Origin: an uncultured archaeon | GTDB taxonomy: Archaea; Asgardarchaeota; Jordiarchaeia; Jordiarchaeales; Jordiarchaeaceae | NCBI GenBank assembly: GCA_964510585.1 | Contig: CAZECW010000173.1 | Coordinates: 1 to 32,000 of the forward strand | Direction: 5' to 3' | Length of the DNA stretch: 32,000 bases | Shown here: positions 6,527 to 14,885 of the stretch, piece after piece | Numbering within the stretch: position 1 is the stretch's first letter | Layout of the letters: the number at the start of each line of letters is the position of its first letter | Translations under genes and position numbers: made by a program | Notes under the pieces: model-generated | Database searches by the model: none | What the model was told of the DNA's origin: nothing | The model's input: only the letters and a program-made list of their open reading frames with translations

Positions 6527-7924
6527 TCAAAAACTGTTTATTTCCATGTTTGGTTCATTTATTACTTTGCCTTTTGGTGTGTATATTGGTGCTTTTGGTA
6601 GTAGGTTGAAGGTATTTCTGAGGGCGAGTTGGTAGGCTCCTACGTCTAGGACTATGAGGATGTCTCCGGGTTGAGTTTTAGGAAGTTTTCGAGGGCCGGT
6701 GTTGTTTTTTGACCAGGCAAAGGTGTCGTTAGAATCACAAGTGATTCCAGCTATGTTGTAGTATTGTGTGGGTTTTTGGGTAGGTTTGGTAGCGTTGACT
6801 ATTTCGAAGTGTTGCGCTATCCAGACCGCGTCGTTGGTGTCCGTTAGAGCGCTTCCATCCGTTATTATCCAGGGGTGTTGTTGAAGTGGTTGACTTATTT
6901 CTGTTGCTTTGATTATTAATATCATGATATTTGCGGTTAGCCATCTCCCTGTTTCGATTATGATTGTGGGAGGGCTGGCTTTGTTTTCTTGGTAGGTTTT
7001 GATTATTTGTTGGGTGGTTTTTTTGGCGTATTCCTCGATGGTGTAGTTGGGATTGAAGGGGTGGTTTTCTGTTTTGTAGTAGTTGACTGCGATTCCTCCG
7101 CCAAGGTTCAGGTTTTCTATGGTTGTTCCTAGTTCCTTTGTCATTTGTGTTGCGTATTGGGATAGTAGTTGTGCGTTTTGGACTAGTTTTTGGAGTTGGG
7201 TTATTTGGGTTCCTATGTGGGATTGTAGGGTTGTTATTTTGATTTTTGAATTTTTGAGGAGTTTGATTGCTTGGGGTAGTTGCTCGGGTGGAATTCCGAA
7301 TCTTGCAGCTCCACTGGGTTTTTCGTAGTTTTGAATGCGGTGGGTTAGGTTTAGGGATATTCCGGCTTCTAGTTCGATATTTTGTTTTTGGCAGAGGTTT
7401 CTCGTGTATTTGATTTCTTCGATAGAGTTGAAGTTTAGGGTTATGTTTCTTTCTCTTTGTAGGCTGATTACCGTCTGTATCAGATTTTTGTTCTGCTTTT
7501 TTGAACTCCAGCTTTTTGAAACTCCGTTACAGATAATGTATGGTACATTTTTTAGTTGTGTTAGGGTGTATTTTAATTCGTAGATGTTTACTACTTCTAT
7601 TCCAAATTTTTGGTCTACTAGGGTCTGGGCTACTTGAGGGAGGTGGTTGGCGGCCAAGGCGTAGCAGGGTTTGAAGGAGGGGTATTTTTTGAAGGCTTCT
7701 TGAAGCCTTTGAGCATTTCTTTTTAATTGGTCCAAACTTAGGACGTAGATGCGGGTTCCCAAGGTTTCTGCTAGCTTTTGAATGCTGACCCCTTCAAAGA
7801 AGATTTGATTATCAGCGAGTTTTAGGGGTTCTGCGAAATCTTTCTTGCCAATGTAATCTTTAGGATGAGGTGTAGACATTTGTGTAAATCTCTCCATGGT
7901 CTCCTCTTTAGGGTTGTGCGACAT
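6527..7924 (-). CDS. Diaminopimelate/ornithine decarboxylase-like (fold-type III PLP) protein lacking the Schiff-base lysine
   Basis: Motifs LAETLGTRIYV, YALAAN (canonical YAxKAN), RFGI, HIGTQI, NLGGG, ETGRWL, GITCDSND and GAY. The start could instead be ATG 7897. Confidence 0.85.
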   Translation of the reverse strand: MSHNPKEETMERFTQMSTPHPKDYIGKKDFAEPLKLADNQIFFEGVSIQKLAETLGTRIYVLSLDQLKRNAQRLQEAFKKYPSFKPCYALAANHLPQVAQTLVDQKFGIEVVNIYELKYTLTQLKNVPYIICNGVSKSWSSKKQNKNLIQTVISLQRERNITLNFNSIEEIKYTRNLCQKQNIELEAGISLNLTHRIQNYEKPSGAARFGIPPEQLPQAIKLLKNSKIKITTLQSHIGTQITQLQKLVQNAQLLSQYATQMTKELGTTIENLNLGGGIAVNYYKTENHPFNPNYTIEEYAKKTTQQIIKTYQENKASPPTIIIETGRWLTANIMILIIKATEISQPLQQHPWIITDGSALTDTNDAVWIAQHFEIVNATKPTQKPTQYYNIAGITCDSNDTFAWSKNNTGPRKLPKTQPGDILIVLDVGAYQLALRNTFNLLPKAPIYTPKGKVINEPNMEINSF

Positions 7925-8148
7925 TTGAGTAAAAGTTATAGACTTTTTGGAGGTACGCAGGGATTCTAGAAGATATTAAGTTTTCCTTAAAAGTCTAATT
8001 TAGTTTTATATCCATTTACTCTCCCTTTTTGAGCCGGACCAAAGATTACTAGATTTTTCGCCATAATTGTGGAGTTTTTAAGTTACAATAACATAAGCAT
8101 TAGAAGTGTGCTTTACAAGACTTGGATAATTTTGGTGGTTAGGGGTGA

Positions 8149-8349
8149 ATGGTTTTGGTAGTCCCAGTTTGTTGTACTATTATTTTGGCATATTTTTGGG
8201 TCTGGTCAGGTTTAGGTAGTGCGGAAACCAGACTTTACAGTGTTCTGGTTGTAGTATCGCTGCTATTAATAATCGTGTTGATCATAAAGTTTGTTTTTAT
8301 GGGAGAGAGGAAGAGTACAGCGTGTTTTGAGAGGAGCTTATGGGCGTAG
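8149..8349 (+). CDS. Possible small two-TM protein, 66 aa
   Basis: ATG directly after AGGGGTGA and two hydrophobic stretches. It lies in a G/T-skewed zone that can generate such ORFs by chance. Confidence 0.3.
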   Translation: MVLVVPVCCTIILAYFWVWSGLGSAETRLYSVLVVVSLLLIIVLIIKFVFMGERKSTACFERSLWA

Positions 8350-8385
8350 TCTTGAAAAAAACGCCTTTAAAATGTTTTTGGGGTT

Positions 8386-9921
8386 TTAAGTTTCGTAGGT
8401 TTTGATTACTTCGGGTATTAAAGGTATGAGGTCGGTTGCAGTTATGTGATAGCCTTTGTCTTGAACTGCTTTATCTCCGGCCTTCCCGTTTAGGAACGCG
8501 GCGGCTACTGCCGCTCTGAATGGTTCATAGCCTTGAGACAGGAAGGCGGCGCAGATTCCGCTTAGAACATCTCCTGTTCCGCCTACGGACATTCCGGGGT
8601 TGCCAGTTGTGTTGATTTTTGTTCTTCTGCCGTCGGAAATGATGTCCTCGTGGGCTTTGAGGAGTATGGTGACTCCTAGCTCTCTTGCCCAGTTTTCAAC
8701 TGTTTTTATTCGGTTTTTTAATTCCGAGGGGGGTGGCATTTTTTGTCCAGTTAATTGTAGGAATTCTCCTTGGTGGGGTGTGAGCACAGTTTTTGTGCCG
8801 TGGAGCATTTTATTTTCTTTTCCTAGGATTTTTATTGCGTCTGCATCCACAAGTAGGGGTAAATCTCTCTTTTTTATGAGTTGAAAAATTTCAGGGATGG
8901 TTTCTATGGTTTTTTCGTGTAGTCCGAGACCCGGCCCCACAACTGATGCGGTTGCCCAGTCTTGGATTAAGCTACTTATGAGGGGGAGAGATTCATTGTT
9001 TAACACTTCTCCTGGAAATTCTCTTACTATTAGGTCGGGGGAGAATCCCCTAATTATCGGAGCGATTTTTGAGGGGGCGACAACAATTACGAGGTCAACA
9101 CCAGTTCTGAGGGCAGAGAGAGCAGTTAGCGCTGGTGCACCAGTATAGTATATGCTTCCGCCAATTATGAGAACTTTACCAAAATCACCCTTATGAGAAT
9201 GGAGACCTCTCTTTTTTATTACGGACTTCACATCTCCAGGACCTGCTATGACCTCTGCTTCTGGAGGTATACCAATAGGCCATACTATGAGTTCGCCAGT
9301 ACAGGTTTTGTTTAATAGTCCGGGTTTTGCTTTGTGGAAGGTTACTGTTAGGTTGGCTTGGACCACTTTGTCGTGGACTTCACCGCTCTCTGGATTTAGT
9401 CCTGATGGTAAGTCTACTGCTATTTTGAAGGCCTTCGCGGAGTTGAATAGATCTATGGCGGTGGAGAAGGGTTCCCGGATTTTTCCCTCTATTCCTGTTC
9501 CTAGCATGGCGTCAATCAGTATATCCGCTTTCTGGATTAAGTCTTTGATTTCCATTAGTTCTGAGGAGTCCCTAATTATAGTTTTTTTTACATTGAGAAT
9601 CATTTTTTCTAGGGCTTTCCAATTTTGTCTAGCCTCAGGGGTTCGAATATTTTCTGGTTGGCCTATGAGAATTAGATGTACCTCCGCGCCAAGTGAGGCA
9701 AGGTGTCTTGCGGCGACAAATCCGTCTCCACCATTATTTCCTGTTCCTGAGAAAATTATGATGCTTGATTTTTCCACTTTTTTTCTTTTTATTATATTTT
9801 CTACTATTCCTCTTCCAGCGTTCTCCATAAGTAGTAATCTGGGGACTCCCAAGTACTCTGAGTTTTCGTCTGCTATTCTCATATCTTCTACGGATATAGT
9901 TTCCAAATTCTGAGCCTCCAC
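8386..9921 (-). CDS. nnr: Bifunctional NAD(P)H-hydrate epimerase/dehydratase (NnrE-NnrD fusion, YjeF), 511 aa
   Basis: Motifs LMENAG, GNNGGDG, DAMLGTG, DLPSG, HKGDFG, YTGAP, GPGLG, DADA, TPHQGEF and GGTGDVLSG. Confidence 0.95.
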   Translation of the reverse strand: MEAQNLETISVEDMRIADENSEYLGVPRLLLMENAGRGIVENIIKRKKVEKSSIIIFSGTGNNGGDGFVAARHLASLGAEVHLILIGQPENIRTPEARQNWKALEKMILNVKKTIIRDSSELMEIKDLIQKADILIDAMLGTGIEGKIREPFSTAIDLFNSAKAFKIAVDLPSGLNPESGEVHDKVVQANLTVTFHKAKPGLLNKTCTGELIVWPIGIPPEAEVIAGPGDVKSVIKKRGLHSHKGDFGKVLIIGGSIYYTGAPALTALSALRTGVDLVIVVAPSKIAPIIRGFSPDLIVREFPGEVLNNESLPLISSLIQDWATASVVGPGLGLHEKTIETIPEIFQLIKKRDLPLLVDADAIKILGKENKMLHGTKTVLTPHQGEFLQLTGQKMPPPSELKNRIKTVENWARELGVTILLKAHEDIISDGRRTKINTTGNPGMSVGGTGDVLSGICAAFLSQGYEPFRAAVAAAFLNGKAGDKAVQDKGYHITATDLIPLIPEVIKTYET

Positions 9922-10020
9922 CGCTTACAAAATAAAATATGAAGAGGTTGCAGTTTTAACCTTTACCTTTATTGTTAATTGTTCAAAATCTTTTTATTTC
10001 CCAGTGTGATTTTTCCCCTC

Positions 10021-10650
10021 ATGCGACAAAGATTATTACTATTTTTAAAAAAGGTCAAGGCTATTATTAAGGCACCCAACTTTGCGTGCACCCAGTGCGG
10101 AGAATGTTGCTCTAGGTACATCATATGTGTGACTCACAAAGATGCTTATAGAGTAGCCAAAGAGTATGGATTGGATCCTCATGATTTCTTGGATTGCATT
10201 ATTCCTGAGAAAAGCGTTGAGGAAACATATAAGGGTGTTCCTAGATTCTTGGGTGAAGATGGGAAAAGGTGGGTGCTCTGTTTTAAGACCAACGACAAAA
10301 ACAGCGGTTGCTGTTTTAATAATGGGGGGCCTTGCTCGATTTATCCCGTTCGACCCTTGGTTTGCCGGGCATTCCCCTTTCTCTGGAGAAGATTGCTCCA
10401 TGGCCACAAATTCATATTTAATAGTGAAGCCTTGGAGTTTTGTAAAGGATTAGGAGCCAAGGAGAATAAGTTTGACTTTGACAGTGTAGAAAGGGACATG
10501 ATTCAATCAGAAAAAGAAGACAAGGAATACGCCAAACTTGTGGACGAATGGAATAGACTGGTGGAGGGAAAAAAAATAAAGTCTCCCTCATTGGACAGTT
10601 TTATTGACTTTTTTATGAAAACCCTCTCGGATGAGGAAAATGAGTTATAG
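10021..10650 (+). CDS. YkgJ-family cysteine-cluster (Zn/Fe-S chelating) protein
   Basis: CTQCGECC, C...CSIYPVRPLVCRAFPF and a distal FCKG cysteine. Start trimmed to ATG 10021. Confidence 0.87.
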   Translation: MRQRLLLFLKKVKAIIKAPNFACTQCGECCSRYIICVTHKDAYRVAKEYGLDPHDFLDCIIPEKSVEETYKGVPRFLGEDGKRWVLCFKTNDKNSGCCFNNGGPCSIYPVRPLVCRAFPFLWRRLLHGHKFIFNSEALEFCKGLGAKENKFDFDSVERDMIQSEKEDKEYAKLVDEWNRLVEGKKIKSPSLDSFIDFFMKTLSDEENEL

Positions 10651-11506
10651 AAACTTGTATCTCTACCCTCAAAACATTTTCTTGGGAAGCACAACTTCAT
10701 ACGAGGAAGCTGACTTCGCCCTTTTTGGAGTTCCATTCGACGGCACGTGCACCTTTTTGCCTGGTGCAAGGTTCGGACCGACAGTAATTAGGGAAGCCTC
10801 GTGCAACCTAGAATCGTTCAGTCTAAGAAGTTTCAGAGACGCTGAGGATGCCAAAATCTGCGACTTAGGGGATATCGCTGTAATTCCAGGGGATGTTAAT
10901 CAGACACTAGATCGAGTGAAAAAAGTTGTAGGGGAATTAAAACAGGACGGCAAAAAAATTATAATGCTGGGAGGCGAACACACCATAACACTGGGGGCCA
11001 TAAGGGGATTTGGAATGGATGTAGGAATAATAGATTTTGATGCACATATGGACTTGAGAAACAAATATCTGGATCAGCAAATCTCCCATGCCACATTAAT
11101 GAGGAGGATGGTGGAAGAAGGCGTGGAAATCCTTCAAATAGGGGTGAGGTCAATCTGTAGAGAGGAGTACGAATTTATTTCTCAAAAAAAGTGGAACTAT
11201 GTCACAGCTCTTGAAGTGGAGAGAGAGGGGATAAAAAAAGCTGTGGACAAAATAAAAGAGTTTCAATCAAGAAAAGACCGCATATATTTGACCATAGATG
11301 TGGATGTAATTGACCCCTCCTACGCTCCCGATGTAGGAAACCCGGAACCTTGTGGATTAACACCGACCCAGGTTATAGATATTTTGGAAAATTGCGATAA
11401 AGTTGTGGGCTTTGATGTGGTGGAGGTAACTCACGGCGGACGAATAACAGCCTTGGTTGCAGCCAAAATAATTCTGGAGTTACTTTGTACCATCAAGTTT
11501 CAATAA
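10640..11506 (+). CDS. speB: Agmatinase (ureohydrolase/arginase family)
   Basis: Motifs GVPFDGT..FLPGARFGP, GGEHTIT, DAHMD and DVDVID...PDVGNPEPCG. The start overlaps the stop of the YkgJ gene. Confidence 0.9.
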   Translation: MSYRNLYLYPQNIFLGSTTSYEEADFALFGVPFDGTCTFLPGARFGPTVIREASCNLESFSLRSFRDAEDAKICDLGDIAVIPGDVNQTLDRVKKVVGELKQDGKKIIMLGGEHTITLGAIRGFGMDVGIIDFDAHMDLRNKYLDQQISHATLMRRMVEEGVEILQIGVRSICREEYEFISQKKWNYVTALEVEREGIKKAVDKIKEFQSRKDRIYLTIDVDVIDPSYAPDVGNPEPCGLTPTQVIDILENCDKVVGFDVVEVTHGGRITALVAAKIILELLCTIKFQ

Positions 11507-11531
11507 TTTTTGGTTTATTGTAATTTTCAGG

Positions 11532-12311
11532 TTATATTTTAATCTCTTCGAGGGGCTTCATAAATCCCACTTTTTTGTGTCTTATATAGACTTGGGGAAT
11601 TTGGGCACTTTTTGCCAACTTTACAAGCAGGTCTAAACTTGGTGGTTTAATTTTTTTCAATTCGTGGCTAAAGGCATTTGCTGGCTCAAATTCTTGAAGG
11701 GTGTAGCTGGCTTTTTTCTTTTCTGCTTTTGAAATGTATCCGAGGCCCCTCAAAACTTCACCAATATTTTTGAAGTATGCTTCTTCATCATTTAGGGAGG
11801 GAATGACAGTGGTTCTCAAATCTGCATATGAACTACTCCCAAAAACAGTCTCTAGGGTCGCCATTAGGTTTTCAATCACCTTCTCACCGTCATGAAACCC
11901 CACTATTTTGCTGTAAAGTGCTGGGTCGTTAAAGGGAGCTTTAATATCTATGGAAATTAGATCCGCACTATTTACCAGTTTTCTTATATTTTCTGGAAAG
12001 AAACCATTTGTATCAAATCCGAAAGAAAGGTTCTTCCTTCTACAAAAATTAGCAATTTCTAAAAGAACCTCAGGATAAAGGGTGGGTTCTCCGCCCGAAA
12101 CTTTAACGGCCTCCACAAGTGAGCTAGCTTTTTCGATTCTCGCTAAAACTTTGGATAGTTCCACTTCCTGATTCGGGGTTACCTCGAGCATTCTCCAGTT
12201 ATGGCACATAGGACACCTAAAGGAACACCCCGCCATAAAAATCACCATAGCAGGTTTTTGGGGGTAATCAATGGTACTAATATCCAAAATTCCGTAGACA
12301 TATACCTTCAT
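11532..12311 (-). CDS. Radical SAM activase, anaerobic ribonucleotide reductase activating (NrdG/PflA-like) family
   Basis: STIDYP, GCSFRCPMCHN (CxxxCxxC), SGGEPT, DTNG, DIKAP and RTTVIP. Start trimmed to ATG 12311. Confidence 0.88.
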   Translation of the reverse strand: MKVYVYGILDISTIDYPQKPAMVIFMAGCSFRCPMCHNWRMLEVTPNQEVELSKVLARIEKASSLVEAVKVSGGEPTLYPEVLLEIANFCRRKNLSFGFDTNGFFPENIRKLVNSADLISIDIKAPFNDPALYSKIVGFHDGEKVIENLMATLETVFGSSSYADLRTTVIPSLNDEEAYFKNIGEVLRGLGYISKAEKKKASYTLQEFEPANAFSHELKKIKPPSLDLLVKLAKSAQIPQVYIRHKKVGFMKPLEEIKI

Positions 12312-12446
12312 CGAAACCACCGGTTGACGGTAACTACAGAAAAATTCTTTAAGAACATGAAACATTCCTAAACAATTAATTTAAAATAGTTATTTAAATA
12401 TAATAGATTCCCCATTGAAACTAAGGGAAAAGGAGAACTGTGGAAG

Positions 12447-12872
12447 ATGAGCAAACACAAAAATATATACCAATCCGCACAGTTTACAACTATGGACTCA
12501 AAAAAGCGAATCACCCTCCCCGAAAAGGTGTGTGAGATGCTGAACATAAAAGAGGGTGCAAAATTTTTAGTGGTAGCAGATAAATCAAAATCCAAAATTA
12601 TGCTGTACCCCATAATTATGGGAGAAGATAAATTTGCCGAGTTGTATATGAAACTCCGAGATATTCCGGGTGTTCTGGGAAAAGTGGCAACAGAGCTCGG
12701 AAAAATGAACATTAACATCGAATCTAGCATAGTTACACCCAGCGTAGAGAAAATAAGCGATTTTAATGCAATAATTAACTGTAAAAACTGCAAACTATCC
12801 CTGGTGGAAGTAGAGGAAAAACTAAAAAAACTGGAAAACACCATAGAAGTTGAAATAACACCAGTCGAATAA
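12447..12872 (+). CDS. AbrB-type DNA-binding domain plus C-terminal ACT domain regulator, 141 aa
   Basis: TMDSKKRITLPEKVCEMLNIKEG is AbrB-like. LRDIPGVLGKVATELGKMNINI is the ACT signature (DxPGxL...INI). Confidence 0.85.
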   Translation: MSKHKNIYQSAQFTTMDSKKRITLPEKVCEMLNIKEGAKFLVVADKSKSKIMLYPIIMGEDKFAELYMKLRDIPGVLGKVATELGKMNINIESSIVTPSVEKISDFNAIINCKNCKLSLVEVEEKLKKLENTIEVEITPVE

Positions 12873-13026
12873 AAAAGATAAATTTAGAAAAATTGAGTTT
12901 ACTCCCAATGAGGGTTAAAAACAGTAATTAATTCAGCGAAATTAAATAATTAAAACAGAAATTCTCCTCAATACACTTTTTATTGACTGTTTAAGAATTT
13001 ACAAGACGAGGCTCAGTAGAGAAGGC

Positions 13027-13857
13027 TTATTCAGAAATGTGTAATCCATAGTACACTATCGATATACCTATTAGAACTACTAAAGGGCTAATTAGGTCGA
13101 AAATCTGTAAGCTTAGTGTGCTAGCGAGGCTGGTAGAGATTCCCCCAAAGAGTAGGGTTGATAAGAATCCTGCGAGGAAGAAGAGAATTCTTCTTTTCAA
13201 TATGCCCTCGGAGGCTCTGTAGACTTTTATTAGGTAATGGGATAATACACTTAAACCTACTGCTAGAGTAATTAGAAGTACTACCACGAGAAGGTCTGAG
13301 AAGGCTGTGTCTGGCGGCGCCACATCTAGAATCACTATGGATCCTGGAAGCCACACAACTATCATAGGCAAAGTAACGTACAGTATTATGGTTCTGGTGG
13401 CTTTAAGGTATCGAATCTGAATTTCTCCATAGTTAAGGCCCACGGAAACTATGAGCAGTAGGCCTAAAGATATCAAAATGAAGCTCAACATGAACTTTTG
13501 CCCAATTATTAAACCCGTAGCGTTTATGAAAAGTCCTAGGTTAAAGCTAACCGCAGCTGCAGCTATTCCCACATAGAAGGCTGCAAAAATTTTGTTAAGC
13601 CAGTAATCGGGATTCTTCTTATAAACTTTGTAACCTAGAATCAAGCTAATGATCGAAACAAACAAAGCTACAGCGAATTGTATGTAGTCCAGAGAAGTGC
13701 TCTCAAGGGGAAGTATCAATTTAATGCTCTCAGGTATTAACAAGTTCAGTATTGAGGGATAAAATACTTTAAGAAAAGGCAATACGGGGACTAGAGAGGG
13801 TATGAAATAAGCTATAATAAGCAATTCTAAAAAAGACGGCATTGTAGATTCCACCAC
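13027..13857 (-). CDS. Multi-pass (7-8 TM) membrane protein resembling stand-alone 7TM sensor domains, 276 aa
   Basis: Successive hydrophobic segments joined by basic loops (KVYKKNPDYWLNKIF; KVYRASEGILKRR). No soluble output domain. Confidence 0.8.
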   Translation of the reverse strand: MVESTMPSFLELLIIAYFIPSLVPVLPFLKVFYPSILNLLIPESIKLILPLESTSLDYIQFAVALFVSIISLILGYKVYKKNPDYWLNKIFAAFYVGIAAAAVSFNLGLFINATGLIIGQKFMLSFILISLGLLLIVSVGLNYGEIQIRYLKATRTIILYVTLPMIVVWLPGSIVILDVAPPDTAFSDLLVVVLLITLAVGLSVLSHYLIKVYRASEGILKRRILFFLAGFLSTLLFGGISTSLASTLSLQIFDLISPLVVLIGISIVYYGLHISE

Positions 13858-14073
13858 ATCAATTTCTCAGGAAAATAACCACTATTTTTCGTCTAAAGTA
13901 CCGATTTCCCTCAAATTAATTTTTCCCCAGCCTGGAATGTGTAGATTCTTTCCATTTTTCCTCATAAAGAAGCATTTATAGAATCTTCTCCGCCTGAGTC
14001 TAAAAAATGATTAGAATCGCATTATTTCGCATCATCTTTTATGAAAATACGTATGCTAAAGCGTTTTAGACGA

Positions 14074-14090
14074 GTAAAAACTGTTTTTAC
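14074..14090. promoter_or_regulatory. Perfect dyad GTAAAAAC-T-GTTTTTAC, candidate operator
   Basis: 8-bp arms with a 1-nt spacer in the cofC/7TM intergenic region. Confidence 0.35.
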
Positions 14091-14176
14091 AGCGATAAGT
14101 TGCCTGAATATGCTTACAAATTTCGTAAAAGTATGGGGAGGCTGTTTGAAAAATATATTTTTATAGGAAAGGGTGG

Positions 14177-14857
14177 TTAGTGCTGGTGTATTTTGGGGTT
14201 TCTTCTACTTTTAGTTACAGATAATATTAGCTCGGTCTTGCATATTGCATCGAATGTTTTCGTGTGGGTACCATACCTCACAAATTTTTTGATGTCCTCA
14301 ACCTCGTCTAAATCGAGGATTACTCTGGGCGAACGGTATATTTTGGGTTCTATATTCCTTTTTCGAGTTTCTTCGATGTGTGCTTGGAAGCTATTTTTCC
14401 CAAATTTTGGTTCAATAACATTGGGGGGAGACCTATAGAGTATGTTTGTTCCGCCGTTTAGGGATGGAGAAAGAATTACTGTCCTTTCCGATTTTGCCAT
14501 TGATGTTATTTCGTCAATGTCTCGAGGTGTGATTAAGGGAAGGTCGGCGGGAATAACCAGAGAAGCTTCCGCATTCATTTCCAAACTGTATTCTGTGGCT
14601 TCGACTATTGCCTGATTTATTCCTCTCGGCTTTTCCTCCAGAAGTAGAATGGCGTTTTTTGGGATTATTTCTTCTATTAATTTATCTGAAGTTACCACTA
14701 TGAGTTTACTTACTTTTTTGGAGGAGGACACAGCAGAAATGACATCGGAAAGCATAGCTAGTACCAATTGCTTCCTTTGGGTATCAGGAATCTGGTCAGC
14801 TAATCTAGACTTGGATTCCTTCAGGCCTTTAAAAGGAATAACAACATGTACCCTCAA
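14177..14857 (-). CDS. cofC: 2-phospho-L-lactate/PEP guanylyltransferase
   Basis: Motifs VIPFK...SKSRL, AMLSDV, IPADLPLI, GGTN and DLD..ED. TTG start after GAGGGA. Located in the cof cluster. Confidence 0.92.
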   Translation of the reverse strand: MRVHVVIPFKGLKESKSRLADQIPDTQRKQLVLAMLSDVISAVSSSKKVSKLIVVTSDKLIEEIIPKNAILLLEEKPRGINQAIVEATEYSLEMNAEASLVIPADLPLITPRDIDEITSMAKSERTVILSPSLNGGTNILYRSPPNVIEPKFGKNSFQAHIEETRKRNIEPKIYRSPRVILDLDEVEDIKKFVRYGTHTKTFDAICKTELILSVTKSRRNPKIHQH

Positions 14858-14885
14858 GGTTATCCCTCATACTAAACATCATAAA

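Noticed and set aside
7652-7654. Sequencing error or pseudogenisation as the explanation for the missing PLP lysine
   Set aside because: GCC needs three substitutions from a Lys codon, and the ORF is intact with other PLP-site motifs retained.
2912-14083. Identical 12-mer GAGTAAAAACTG at 2912 and 14072
   Set aside because: Roughly tens of shared 12-mers are expected by chance in 32 kb, and the copy at 2912 lacks the second dyad arm.
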